From assembly GCA_026395685.1 (NCBI GenBank), contig JAPLYG010000006.1, positions 4,943-68,942 on the forward strand: 64,000 nucleotides of DNA, given 5' to 3'. Below are positions 37,940-46,839 of this stretch, in pieces. The translations under genes were made by a program, and so were the position numbers. Under the pieces are notes generated by a model, which made no database searches, was not told the DNA's origin, and was given only the letters and a program-made list of their open reading frames with translations. This DNA is from Candidatus Parcubacteria bacterium. Its GTDB lineage: Bacteria > Patescibacteriota > Patescibacteriia > CAIXNZ01. How positions within the stretch are numbered: position 1 is the stretch's first letter; each line of letters starts with the position of its first letter.

Positions 37940-39553
37940 ATGGGAAAATGGCAAACATTAGCATTACGAGTCAAAAGACTGATTAGCCATAATCAGTTTA
38001 TTTTATATTTGGGAGTTTTTATCTTTTCTTTTTTGCTCTATCTTATGATTCAGTCCAGCCCGACATTTTTGGATCCGGATTCATTTTACCATTTAAAAAT
38101 GATTAAGCTGATTTCTGAGCAGGGGCCGATTATAAATTTCCCCTGGCTGCAATTTACCGTGCTGAAGGATTTTTACATTGATCATCATTTTTTATACCAT
38201 GTGTTGGGTGTGCCGTTTATTTGGCTTTTGGGCGATTTTAGCGGCTATAAATTTTACACCATTTTGCTTAACAGCCTTTTTGTGGTGCTCTGTTATGCGC
38301 TCTTAAAAAAAGAAGGCATTAAGTATCCGTCAATTTATGCTTTTTTAATTCTAACAACCAGTGGTTTGTTGTTTCGCATCTCACTTGCTAAAGCAATTTC
38401 CAGCTCTCTGATTTTAAGCTTTTTAACAATATATTGTCTTTTTAGCCGTAAAAAGTGGCTGCTTTATTTCATCTCCTGGCTTTATGTCTGGACATACGGC
38501 GGCTTTTTACTGGCCTGGGTTATCACCGGATTTTATTGTTTAAGCCAGGGATTTTATTCTGCCTGGATAGAGCCAGGTAGTCAGGAAAATAAGCACGATC
38601 ACAAGCTTGCCCGCTTTTTAGTTGCAACTTTTAGCAAGGATAATTTGCAGCTGATGATCGCCACAATTAGCGGTGTTATTACCGGGATTATTGTCAATCC
38701 TTATTTTCCGCGCAATATTAAGTTTGTCTGGCAGCAATTGGTGCAAATAGGCATTATTAATTACCGGGGCGCTGTTAATGTGGGCGGTGAATGGTATCCG
38801 ATAAAAGCTACGGAGTTAATTACTTCCTTAGGCGGTACTTTTATTCTGGCAATTTTTGCTTTGGCAGTATTTTTTGCCTTTATAAAAAAACAGGAAAAGC
38901 ATACAATATTTTTCTTTTTTAGCAGTTTGTTTTTTTTCGCTTTGACCTTGAAATCCAGGCGCTATGTGGAATACTTTGTCCCATATTTAATATTCTTTAT
39001 AGCTTATAGCCTTAATTACCTTTTATCCGCCTTTAACTGGAAAAAAATAATCAGGGAACTAAAAGAAGCCAGCCGGATTATCCCGATACTATTTTATCTT
39101 ACTGCTATTTTGGTGCTTGTCTTTGTGCCGGCCATCAATATCAAAGATGTATATCATAATTATGTGTCGTTTAAAAGAGGCTATCAGTTTGATACTTATG
39201 CCGGCGTTTCCCAATATTTAAAGGAAAATTCTCAGCCAGGTGAAATAATAATGCATACTGATTGGGATGATTTTCCCCATCTTTTTTATCACAATTCCCA
39301 GAATTATTATATTGTGGGGCTTGATCCGACTTTTATGTATAATTATGACCGCAAGCTTTATCAGCTTTACGCGGATATTACTATGGCGAAAATAAGCGAT
39401 AATTTATCCGAGCTTATTAAGGATAATTTTAAGGCCAAATATTTTATCGTGCAAAAGGGCCGGGAAGCCCTGCGCCAAAATTTGCAAAAGGACTCGAATT
39501 TTATTAAGGTATATGAAGATAAGGATGCTTGGTTGTATATGATTAAATATTGA
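37940..39553 (+). CDS. Polytopic membrane protein, probable GT-C glycosyltransferase
   Basis: DPDSFYH loop after TM1; many TM helices; EWYP; C-terminal soluble domain with DWD. Confidence 0.6.
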   Translation: MGKWQTLALRVKRLISHNQFILYLGVFIFSFLLYLMIQSSPTFLDPDSFYHLKMIKLISEQGPIINFPWLQFTVLKDFYIDHHFLYHVLGVPFIWLLGDFSGYKFYTILLNSLFVVLCYALLKKEGIKYPSIYAFLILTTSGLLFRISLAKAISSSLILSFLTIYCLFSRKKWLLYFISWLYVWTYGGFLLAWVITGFYCLSQGFYSAWIEPGSQENKHDHKLARFLVATFSKDNLQLMIATISGVITGIIVNPYFPRNIKFVWQQLVQIGIINYRGAVNVGGEWYPIKATELITSLGGTFILAIFALAVFFAFIKKQEKHTIFFFFSSLFFFALTLKSRRYVEYFVPYLIFFIAYSLNYLLSAFNWKKIIRELKEASRIIPILFYLTAILVLVFVPAINIKDVYHNYVSFKRGYQFDTYAGVSQYLKENSQPGEIIMHTDWDDFPHLFYHNSQNYYIVGLDPTFMYNYDRKLYQLYADITMAKISDNLSELIKDNFKAKYFIVQKGREALRQNLQKDSNFIKVYEDKDAWLYMIKY

Positions 39554-39762
39554 ATGGGTTATGGTAAGGATACTGGTAAGTAAATGGCGTTAATTACTTA
39601 ACCTAAGCACATAACACATACTAGCATCATTACCAACTCACTTTTCACTAGTAAATGAGGTTATGGTAAGGATGCTGGTAAGTGATATGGTAAAGTGTTG
39701 GGTGTTTACATTTTCTACTTACCATAGCTCTAGAATCTACCAGCTTTTTTACCAAATCACAT
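39551..39762. repeat. Palindromic family A, two tandem copies
   Basis: ggttatggtaaggat(a/g)ctggtaagt twice, each followed by an inverted arm. Confidence 0.75.
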
Positions 39763-39776
39763 AATACTTTTTGTCT

Positions 39777-40499
39777 ATGAAGGTACTAATTGTTTTGCCA
39801 GCATATAATGAGGCTAAGATAATCCGCGAAAACACGGAGAAGCTTTTGGATTTTGTGCAGAAAAATTTATTGGACGACCAGATCCAGATTGTGATTGCTG
39901 ATAATAATTCAAAAGATCAGACCAGCGCAATCGGCAAAGAGCTGGCAGCCAAGTCTGATCAGATAGCTTATGAATTTGTGGCTGAGCAGGGCAAGGGCCA
40001 TGCAGTTTTATCGCCCTGGCTGAAGATGGAGGAGTTTTTTGATATATTTATCTTTATGGATGCTGACCTGGCAACTGATTTGCAGGATTTGCCTTATTTA
40101 ATTTTTGGCATAAAGCAAGGCTTTGATCTGGTGATCGGATCGCGCCGTCTTTCCGAATCTAAAGTTAATAAATCCATTAGCCGGCATATTTTTTCCTCGT
40201 GTTACCATTGGGTATTAAAAATATTATTAGGTACAAAAATAAATGATTTGCCCTGCGGTTTCAAGTCAATCAATCGCCGCGCGCTTAAAGACTTGGTTCC
40301 TTTGATAAAGGATCGTTCCTGGTTTTTTGACAGCGAACTTGTTTATCTGGCGGAAAAAAAAGGCTATAAAATAAAAGAGATTCCTGTAAAATGGCAGGAA
40401 CCTCGGCAAGGAGATGACAAAAGCCGGGTTAATCTCTGGAAAGTATCCTGGCTATATTTAAAGCGGGCTGTCCAGCTAAAGTTCAGAAAAATCAGTTAA
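39777..40499 (+). CDS. GT2 polyprenol-phosphate glycosyltransferase (DPG synthase-like)
   Basis: LPAYNEA, DNNSKD, FMDADL, GSR, CGFK, WFFDSEL. Confidence 0.9.
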   Translation: MKVLIVLPAYNEAKIIRENTEKLLDFVQKNLLDDQIQIVIADNNSKDQTSAIGKELAAKSDQIAYEFVAEQGKGHAVLSPWLKMEEFFDIFIFMDADLATDLQDLPYLIFGIKQGFDLVIGSRRLSESKVNKSISRHIFSSCYHWVLKILLGTKINDLPCGFKSINRRALKDLVPLIKDRSWFFDSELVYLAEKKGYKIKEIPVKWQEPRQGDDKSRVNLWKVSWLYLKRAVQLKFRKIS

Positions 40500-42369
40500 T
40501 GGTCGCCTCACCAATAATGGTAATTTGATCAAAATTATTTTCCAGATTGTTAAGCTGGTTAAAAGTTGCGCCAGCACTTCCGGTAATGGTAAATTTTTTA
40601 AAATCATCAAATCCGAAGAAATTTATTTTTATCAATTGTCCCGGCTGCCAGGCGCTGGTCGGTAAAATTTCATAACCCAAAGGCAAATAAGTATCATTGA
40701 TTTTGATCAGATAATTCTGAGTGATCGGCTGCAGCCCCTTAAAATACAGGGAAACAAAACCATTGTTTTTTTCAGCGCCCAAAAATTCAATCATGCCGCC
40801 TAAGTCTTGTTTTTCAACTTTTAGTGACTCAGGTAACAAGGCTGGCGTCTCATATAATTTGTAAAGGCTTTCGCCTTTATTTTTTTGCCATAGTACTAGA
40901 GTTTTATCGACCTTAACCAGGGTATAATTTGCCAAAAGGTCTCTTAAGCGGTCATCCCCTAAATAAAAATCTTCTTTAAATGTCTTGCCATTGGCATAGG
41001 CATGTTCATAATAAATAAAAGTATCATAATTAAAAAAGATGTAAGGTAAATCATCAGGCAAAGGATAATCTCCCATTTTATATTGGCGTTTATTTAAAAA
41101 GCCGTATAAGGCATAATATAGGCCGGGCCTGCTGGAAAGCGGTGTCAAAAATTCATTGGTGGTCATAACATTTTCTCCGGCTGCTATTTTTTTGAGAAAT
41201 TCTGTTTTGCGGTGAACTTCCTGATAGTCAGTAGCATAGAGCGATTTGATAAAGGGTAAAAGCGGAGATTGAAAAATAAAATTGTAGCTAAGGGCAACGG
41301 TTAATAAAATATAGGGCAATTGGAAAAATTCGCGGCATAAATCAATAAATTTTCGGGAAGAAGATAATTTTTTTAAGCCAAAGATTGCGGCAATAAAAAA
41401 AGCAGGTAAAAGCAGAGAATTATAATGCGCGCGTATAAAAACCGTTCCGGTATTTGGTCCTAAGACAAATTCTAAGGCAGGGCCAAGGCAGAGCAGTAAA
41501 TATTTGGGACGAAAAAGGGGCAGTAGTAAAAAGAAAACTATTAAACAAAAAGCCGCCTCATAATGAGTGCAGTTTGAAAATATGTGTTTGAGCACGTCGG
41601 GAAATCTGAGAAAAAAATTTGCCAGTATTTCCTGTAAAGAATTGCCCAGCCAGGAGTAATAGACTAAAAATTTATAATTTTCAGCATTGGCAAAATAAGA
41701 GGAGATTTTAAGCGCGCTAAAAAAATATGCAGTTGAGGCAATAAGCGGGGTTAAAATCCAATAAATCTTTTTTTTATCAAGAATGGCCAGGACGCCGAAC
41801 ATAAAGATTATAAAACTCACGTCTTCCCGCACCAGAAGCGCAAGCGCGCAAAAAATTATAAAGGGTTTAAGCTTATTTTGATCATAAAAATAAAAAGCAA
41901 AAAGCACAAAAAAGGTTAACAGCGGTAAAATATGGAATTCAAAGATCGACTGATAAAGAATCAGGGGATTGAAAAGATAAAGACAGATTATAAAAAAAGT
42001 ATTTTTGGGTGAAAGATGCTTTTGGCAAATCAGAAAAAGGGGTATCACTGTTAGCGCCATAAAACAGGCTTGCATAAATACTAATGTCAAAGGATGCGGA
42101 ATCAGAGAATAAAAAGGAACAAGAAAAAAGATAATTATTTCAAAATGGTCGCCCAAATAAGAAGCGCCATGAAAAGAAAATTCAAACCAGCGGCCGTGCA
42201 TAGAATTAAAAAAGACTTGGTTATAAATAGCCAAATCCAGGCAAATGTATTTGTAGGTAAAATACTTAAACAGGCAAATGGCAAAAATGAAAATTACAAA
42301 AAACAGCATTAGAATCCAGGTGATTTTTGTCAATTTTGGCCAGGTTAAGTTGTCTAAATATGAAAACAT
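40492..42369 (-). CDS. DUF2079 family membrane protein (GT-C-like)
   Basis: DLAIYNQVFFN, LGDHF, FEFH, LVRED. Confidence 0.8.
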   Translation of the reverse strand: MFSYLDNLTWPKLTKITWILMLFFVIFIFAICLFKYFTYKYICLDLAIYNQVFFNSMHGRWFEFSFHGASYLGDHFEIIIFFLVPFYSLIPHPLTLVFMQACFMALTVIPLFLICQKHLSPKNTFFIICLYLFNPLILYQSIFEFHILPLLTFFVLFAFYFYDQNKLKPFIIFCALALLVREDVSFIIFMFGVLAILDKKKIYWILTPLIASTAYFFSALKISSYFANAENYKFLVYYSWLGNSLQEILANFFLRFPDVLKHIFSNCTHYEAAFCLIVFFLLLPLFRPKYLLLCLGPALEFVLGPNTGTVFIRAHYNSLLLPAFFIAAIFGLKKLSSSRKFIDLCREFFQLPYILLTVALSYNFIFQSPLLPFIKSLYATDYQEVHRKTEFLKKIAAGENVMTTNEFLTPLSSRPGLYYALYGFLNKRQYKMGDYPLPDDLPYIFFNYDTFIYYEHAYANGKTFKEDFYLGDDRLRDLLANYTLVKVDKTLVLWQKNKGESLYKLYETPALLPESLKVEKQDLGGMIEFLGAEKNNGFVSLYFKGLQPITQNYLIKINDTYLPLGYEILPTSAWQPGQLIKINFFGFDDFKKFTITGSAGATFNQLNNLENNFDQITIIGEATIN

Positions 42370-42547
42370 CGCTAATTTTAGGTAAATTATATGTTAATTC
42401 TAGCATATATTATAAGAAAATAAAACAACAGATATTGACATTTGTCTCCAAATGTGCTATTATAATAAGTACTTAAAGATAAAGAACGTTTTTTCCTATA
42501 ATCACATTAACCCAAAACAATCTGCCAAGGGCAGAGGAGGAAAAATC

Positions 42548-43126
42548 ATGAACAAGAAGATCATCGTTCTGTTGGCCTGCTTCGCAATCATCCTGTCCCA
42601 GGCCTGCGCCACCACCGTGGTGCGTCCGAATAACGGCGGCGTGGTCGTTGATACGATGGATCCGAAAGTCGCTCGCGACGCGGCCTCGCCCAACTCCAAC
42701 TACGCGACTCCGCTCGAGAATGCCTGCGCCGAACTCGTTCGGCAGGGCAAGGCCTCGTACATCCAGACTCCGGAGGGCACCAGGTGCATCGTGCACAATG
42801 GCAAGCCCGCTCCCGGCGAAACCCCTTCGCCGTTGGGAAAGACACAGAAGGGCGCCTTTGAAAACATCGGCAGCCATACCATCATGATCGAGGTCTACGA
42901 TGAAATCGGGATCAAGATCTCCAGCTTCACGCTCTTTCCCAAGGGCAACAAGGATGGCAAGGATGTGCGCGTCATGGACTTGGTGCCGGGCAAGTATCAC
43001 TACACTGCCCGGTATACCAGCAGCAACAAGTCCGCGGGCTTTGACTTGCCCATCGACACCCAGCCGTGTCCTGACTGCCATGTCTCGAACGGCACGACGG
43101 TGGAGTGGCGGGAAGTCGTCCGCTAA
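42548..43126 (+). CDS. GC-rich putative lipoprotein
   Basis: GAGGAGG SD; LSQAC lipobox-like; own TTGACA promoter and terminator. Confidence 0.7.
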   Translation: MNKKIIVLLACFAIILSQACATTVVRPNNGGVVVDTMDPKVARDAASPNSNYATPLENACAELVRQGKASYIQTPEGTRCIVHNGKPAPGETPSPLGKTQKGAFENIGSHTIMIEVYDEIGIKISSFTLFPKGNKDGKDVRVMDLVPGKYHYTARYTSSNKSAGFDLPIDTQPCPDCHVSNGTTVEWREVVR

Positions 43127-43184
43127 AAAAAGCGGCAAAAATAAGAGGGTCTCACCCGGGACCCTCTTTTTCTTTTTGTTTAAA

Positions 43185-43619
43185 TTATTCAGAAATGACT
43201 TGTTGTGGAGTGCCTCCGTCGCCTTGCGATGCATAATAAAGAGCATTTAAGACATAGCTGGAAATAGCATAAGCTGAGATTATGATTACCAGGCCGATAA
43301 CCGCCTGGGTAATTACGGCCTTGGCTTTTTTAATTTTTTCTTCAGTGCCCATGGCAGTCATCCAGGTATAGCCGCCATAGATCATCAGGATAACAAAGAC
43401 AATTCCCAAAATTCCAAGCGCGGCGTTTATAACTTTGGCAATTAAGCTAAAAATATTAGTCGGTTGCTCTGACCCAAAAGCTGCCGATCCGAATTTTTGA
43501 ACTCCGCTGCTTATGGGCGTTGAGTCTGTCGGAGGAGTTGTTGCCTGAGCTAAAAGAGGCAATATTAAGCTGACTGCCAAAATAAGGATAATAAGAAATT
43601 TCACATTTAAAATTTTCAT
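43185..43619 (-). CDS. VirB2/TrbC-like (T4SS-type) pilin
   Basis: Signal peptide; YGGYTWMTAMGTEEKIKKAK...AVIGL. Confidence 0.8.
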   Translation of the reverse strand: MKILNVKFLIILILAVSLILPLLAQATTPPTDSTPISSGVQKFGSAAFGSEQPTNIFSLIAKVINAALGILGIVFVILMIYGGYTWMTAMGTEEKIKKAKAVITQAVIGLVIIISAYAISSYVLNALYYASQGDGGTPQQVISE

Positions 43620-43652
43620 AAATATTTTGTTAGGAAAAAATGATAGATTAGA

Positions 43653-44018
43653 TTATTTAGCGGCAAGCTCCAGGGCAGTGGTGATAAAATAAGCCAGACT
43701 ATAGGAAACAATAATAATTACAATACCGATTACAGCATATTTAATTATATTTTTCGCCTGCTCTATTTTTTTTGCATCACCCCTTGCGAGCATATAAGTG
43801 GTACCGCCATAAAGCAATAAAACAATAAAGACTATGCCCAAGACACCCAAGACACCCTGAACAATATTGCCGGCGATAATGTTTACATCTCTTTCTCCGC
43901 TATAACCCGTGTCCTCTATTGTTTTATTGAGTGATTCGGTAAATCTTGAAGCAAGGGCCAAATTAGCAGAAAAAATAAGAGTAATCAGGGCTAGGCAAAT
44001 TATAATTTTTTTAAGCAT
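43653..44018 (-). CDS. VirB2/TrbC-like pilin
   Basis: YGGTTYMLARGDAKKIEQAK...AVIGI. Confidence 0.8.
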   Translation of the reverse strand: MLKKIIICLALITLIFSANLALASRFTESLNKTIEDTGYSGERDVNIIAGNIVQGVLGVLGIVFIVLLLYGGTTYMLARGDAKKIEQAKNIIKYAVIGIVIIIVSYSLAYFITTALELAAK

Positions 44019-44022
44019 AAAT

Positions 44023-44412
44023 TTAAGAGGCATTTTCCAAAAGAGTCGTGATAAAATAAGCAATTGAATAAGATGCGATGATAATAATCAGGCCGATGAC
44101 AGCGCTAATAATAATTTTGCGCGCCTTGGCGGCCTTTTCTTCCGAGCCGGATGCGGTCATATATTGGAATCCGCCATAAATTATTAAAATCACAAAAACC
44201 AGGCCGAGAAGAGAAAAAAGAACCTGGACTGCCGTGCCTATAAATACGGCCAGATCGGTTTCACCTTTGACGCCTGCCTGAGAAGCGGTGGCATCAAGAT
44301 TAGGATTAATATTTTTCAGGCCTTGTGCCTGGCTATAATGCAGCGGGCAGGCTAGGGTAATAAATAAAAAAAACGCAAGAATAAGACAAGAAAGTAAGGA
44401 TTTAAATTTCAT
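44023..44412 (-). CDS. VirB2/TrbC-like pilin
   Basis: YGGFQYMTASGSEEKAAKAR...AVIGL. Confidence 0.8.
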   Translation of the reverse strand: MKFKSLLSCLILAFFLFITLACPLHYSQAQGLKNINPNLDATASQAGVKGETDLAVFIGTAVQVLFSLLGLVFVILIIYGGFQYMTASGSEEKAAKARKIIISAVIGLIIIIASYSIAYFITTLLENAS

Positions 44413-44423
44413 AGATTTAAAAA

Positions 44424-44822
44424 TTATTGAATCGGTGTGCTTTCTGTTTGGGCGCTTTTCTCAAGGGAATTGGCAATGAAAGCTGTTGTGGCATAGGCGG
44501 AAATAATTATCACAATGCCGATTACTGCTGTTTTAAAGACTTTTTTGGCTTTATCGATTTTATTTTTATCAGCGCCAGACTCTGAAGTCATCCAGAGAAA
44601 TCCGCCATAAAGCATAAGCACGGCAAAAAGTACGCCAACCAGGCTTAATACGGCTTTAATCATTCCGGCAATAAATAAAGAATAGTCGGTTCCCGTCTCA
44701 TAGCCGATTGCCTGGCCGGAAGACTCGAAGTTTTTCTGAGCATCAGAAAAACCCTGAGCTAGGCAAATGCAGGGCAAAAGGATAGAAAGGCAAATAAGGG
44801 TAATTAATAAATATTTTTTCAT
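44424..44822 (-). CDS. VirB2/TrbC-like pilin
   Basis: YGGFLWMTS...IDKAK...AVIGI. Confidence 0.8.
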   Translation of the reverse strand: MKKYLLITLICLSILLPCICLAQGFSDAQKNFESSGQAIGYETGTDYSLFIAGMIKAVLSLVGVLFAVLMLYGGFLWMTSESGADKNKIDKAKKVFKTAVIGIVIIISAYATTAFIANSLEKSAQTESTPIQ

Positions 44823-44828
44823 AATATA

Positions 44829-45191
44829 TTAGGCTGTAAGAACACTGAAGATAAAGGCGGTAATGGAATAGGAGGCGGCAATAATAGTAACTCCGATTAT
44901 TGCCCAATAGAGGATTTTTTTTCCTTTAGTAAGACGCTCTTCATTGCCGGCGGCTGTCATTATGATTATTCCGCCATAGATGATAAAAAACAGAAAAATA
45001 GAACCTGTCAGGGACAGAGCGGCTCCGATTATTTGTCCGAAATACGTCGGCAAATCACCTTGAGGCAAAACAGTTTGATTTACTGTCTGGTTGAGATTGT
45101 CTAAGGGCGTTTGGGCTAAACAAAAGATACCAGGTATTAAAAAAAGATTAAGCAAAAGCAGTGTCAAAATTATCAAAGCTGTTCGGGGCAT
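44829..45191 (-). CDS. VirB2/TrbC-like pilin
   Basis: YGGIIIMTAAGNEERLTKGK...WAIIG. Confidence 0.8.
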   Translation of the reverse strand: MPRTALIILTLLLLNLFLIPGIFCLAQTPLDNLNQTVNQTVLPQGDLPTYFGQIIGAALSLTGSIFLFFIIYGGIIIMTAAGNEERLTKGKKILYWAIIGVTIIAASYSITAFIFSVLTA

Positions 45192-45197
45192 AGTTTT

Positions 45198-45581
45198 TTA
45201 TTGGCTCAGGGCTCCGAAAATAAAGGAAGTTATGGCATATGAAGCCGCTAAAATAGCAGCGCCAATTACAGCCCAGGTAATTACTTTTTTCCCTTTTTCC
45301 ACCCGGTCGCTTCCGGCAGAGGTCATTATCATGACTCCGCCATAAATTATTAAAAATAAAAAGATGGAGCCTGATAAGGCCAGCCCTGCGCCGACTACCG
45401 AGCCCAAAAACTCAGGAACAGAGACATCTTTTTTTAAGCCGCTTTGCGTGCCAGTCTCTTCCAGCCCATAGCCTCCTGTATCAGCGGGCGCATCAGTTGT
45501 TGCCTGCGCCAGATTGATAAAGGGAAGTGTCAGGGCTCCGAAAAGCAGGAGAGAAAGTAATAATAAAGAAAATTTGCGCAT
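45198..45581 (-). CDS. VirB2/TrbC-like pilin
   Basis: YGGVMIMTSAGSDRVEKGK...WAVIG. Confidence 0.8.
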   Translation of the reverse strand: MRKFSLLLLSLLLFGALTLPFINLAQATTDAPADTGGYGLEETGTQSGLKKDVSVPEFLGSVVGAGLALSGSIFLFLIIYGGVMIMTSAGSDRVEKGKKVITWAVIGAAILAASYAITSFIFGALSQ

Positions 45582-45680
45582 AAAAGTAGATTAAACATTT
45601 GGCCATTATGTCCGGCCAATGTCGTGATTAGAAATTGGAATTTATTGCTCTAAGGCAAGATGTTCCAAGCTCCAATCTGC

Positions 45681-45712
45681 AAAAAAGGGGAGCAGAAAAC
45701 TTTCCACTCCCC
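45681..45712 (-). terminator. Intrinsic terminator after pilin 45729..46109
   Basis: Minus strand ggggagtggaaagttttctgctcccc followed by T6. Confidence 0.7.
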
Positions 45713-45728
45713 GCAAATATTCTAACTT

Positions 45729-46109
45729 TTAGGTAGTAGCAGAATAAAGTGCATTCAAGACAAACTGAGCGATTGCATAGGCACAAACGATAATTACCAA
45801 GCCGATAACACCCTGAATAATTAAGGTTTTTGCTTTTTTTACTGCTTCATCATTGCCCAAAGCAGTCATCCATTTAAAGCCGCCGATCAGGATAATGACC
45901 ACAGCAACTACGCCCAATAAAGCCATGGCGCTATTAATGATTCTGGCTGCAGTTGCGCGAATGTCAGCTGTTGCTAAGCTTGTTGACGCGGCAAATGATC
46001 CCAGGTTATTAAGCTGAAATTCTGGGTCAGCTGCATTAATAACTGCAGGAGCGACTAAGATGCCAAACAAGGCAATGAAAACTGCTAGACTTAATAAGAT
46101 TTTTTTCAT
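45729..46109 (-). CDS. VirB2/TrbC-like pilin, candidate major subunit
   Basis: IGGFKWMTALGNDEAVKKAK...GVIGL; own promoter, AAGGA SD and terminator. Confidence 0.8.
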   Translation of the reverse strand: MKKILLSLAVFIALFGILVAPAVINAADPEFQLNNLGSFAASTSLATADIRATAARIINSAMALLGVVAVVIILIGGFKWMTALGNDEAVKKAKTLIIQGVIGLVIIVCAYAIAQFVLNALYSATT

Positions 46110-46272
46110 GTTTTTTAGTCCTTTTTAGTAATGCCCGGCTCGTTTTATATTCCGAACATTAAAATTAATTAGTAAATATTTAATTTTTAACTTTCAAAGA
46201 AACTATTCTCTTATCTTATTATAGCAAAAATGCTGTAAAACAAGCAATTATTTATTAACAGCCAAGGGTAAG

Positions 46273-46728
46273 CTATTCAGCTTCAAGCAGCGGCTTATTG
46301 CTTTCATCTTTCGGGGTTTGCGACCCTTGCTGTGATAAGGCGCCGATGATATATGAAACCATAACATAAGACCCAAAGATTACGACCAGGCCGATTGAAG
46401 CCCAAATCAGGGCGTTTTTGCCCTTAGTGATTTTGGTGGCATCACCCTGGGAAATGAGCATTAAAAATCCGCCATAAACGAAAATGATTAAGGCAATGGA
46501 TCCGACAATGCCTAAAGCGACCTGGATAATCAAACCAACGATTTGAGGAATAGTCAGATCAGGATTAACCGGACTGATAGTGCTCAAGTCAACTACAGTT
46601 GACGAAGATGACTGGTCATTGGAAGTTTCAGCCGGAGGCGTGCTGTCGGCAAAAGCAATGCCAACGGGAGCAAGAAGCAAAGTCATAAGCACAAGCGAGA
46701 AGAAAAGGAGGGATAATAGTTTTTTCAT
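46273..46728 (-). CDS. VirB2/TrbC-like pilin
   Basis: YGGFLMLISQGDATKITKGK...WASIGL. Confidence 0.8.
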   Translation of the reverse strand: MKKLLSLLFFSLVLMTLLLAPVGIAFADSTPPAETSNDQSSSSTVVDLSTISPVNPDLTIPQIVGLIIQVALGIVGSIALIIFVYGGFLMLISQGDATKITKGKNALIWASIGLVVIFGSYVMVSYIIGALSQQGSQTPKDESNKPLLEAE

Positions 46729-46839
46729 AAAGTAAAATAATAATTATTTAGGAAATAGTCTTTGTTTCGAATTCAGAAGGGGCTCTGAGAAAATTTGCCG
46801 GCTATTCCCGGTAACGAAGCTATATTGCTTCAGGCATTT

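Noticed and set aside
46750-46830. c-di-GMP-I riboswitch or hammerhead ribozyme
   Set aside because: GGCAAA and CAAAG fragments are present, but the GNRA tetraloop/receptor and a CUGANGA core are missing.
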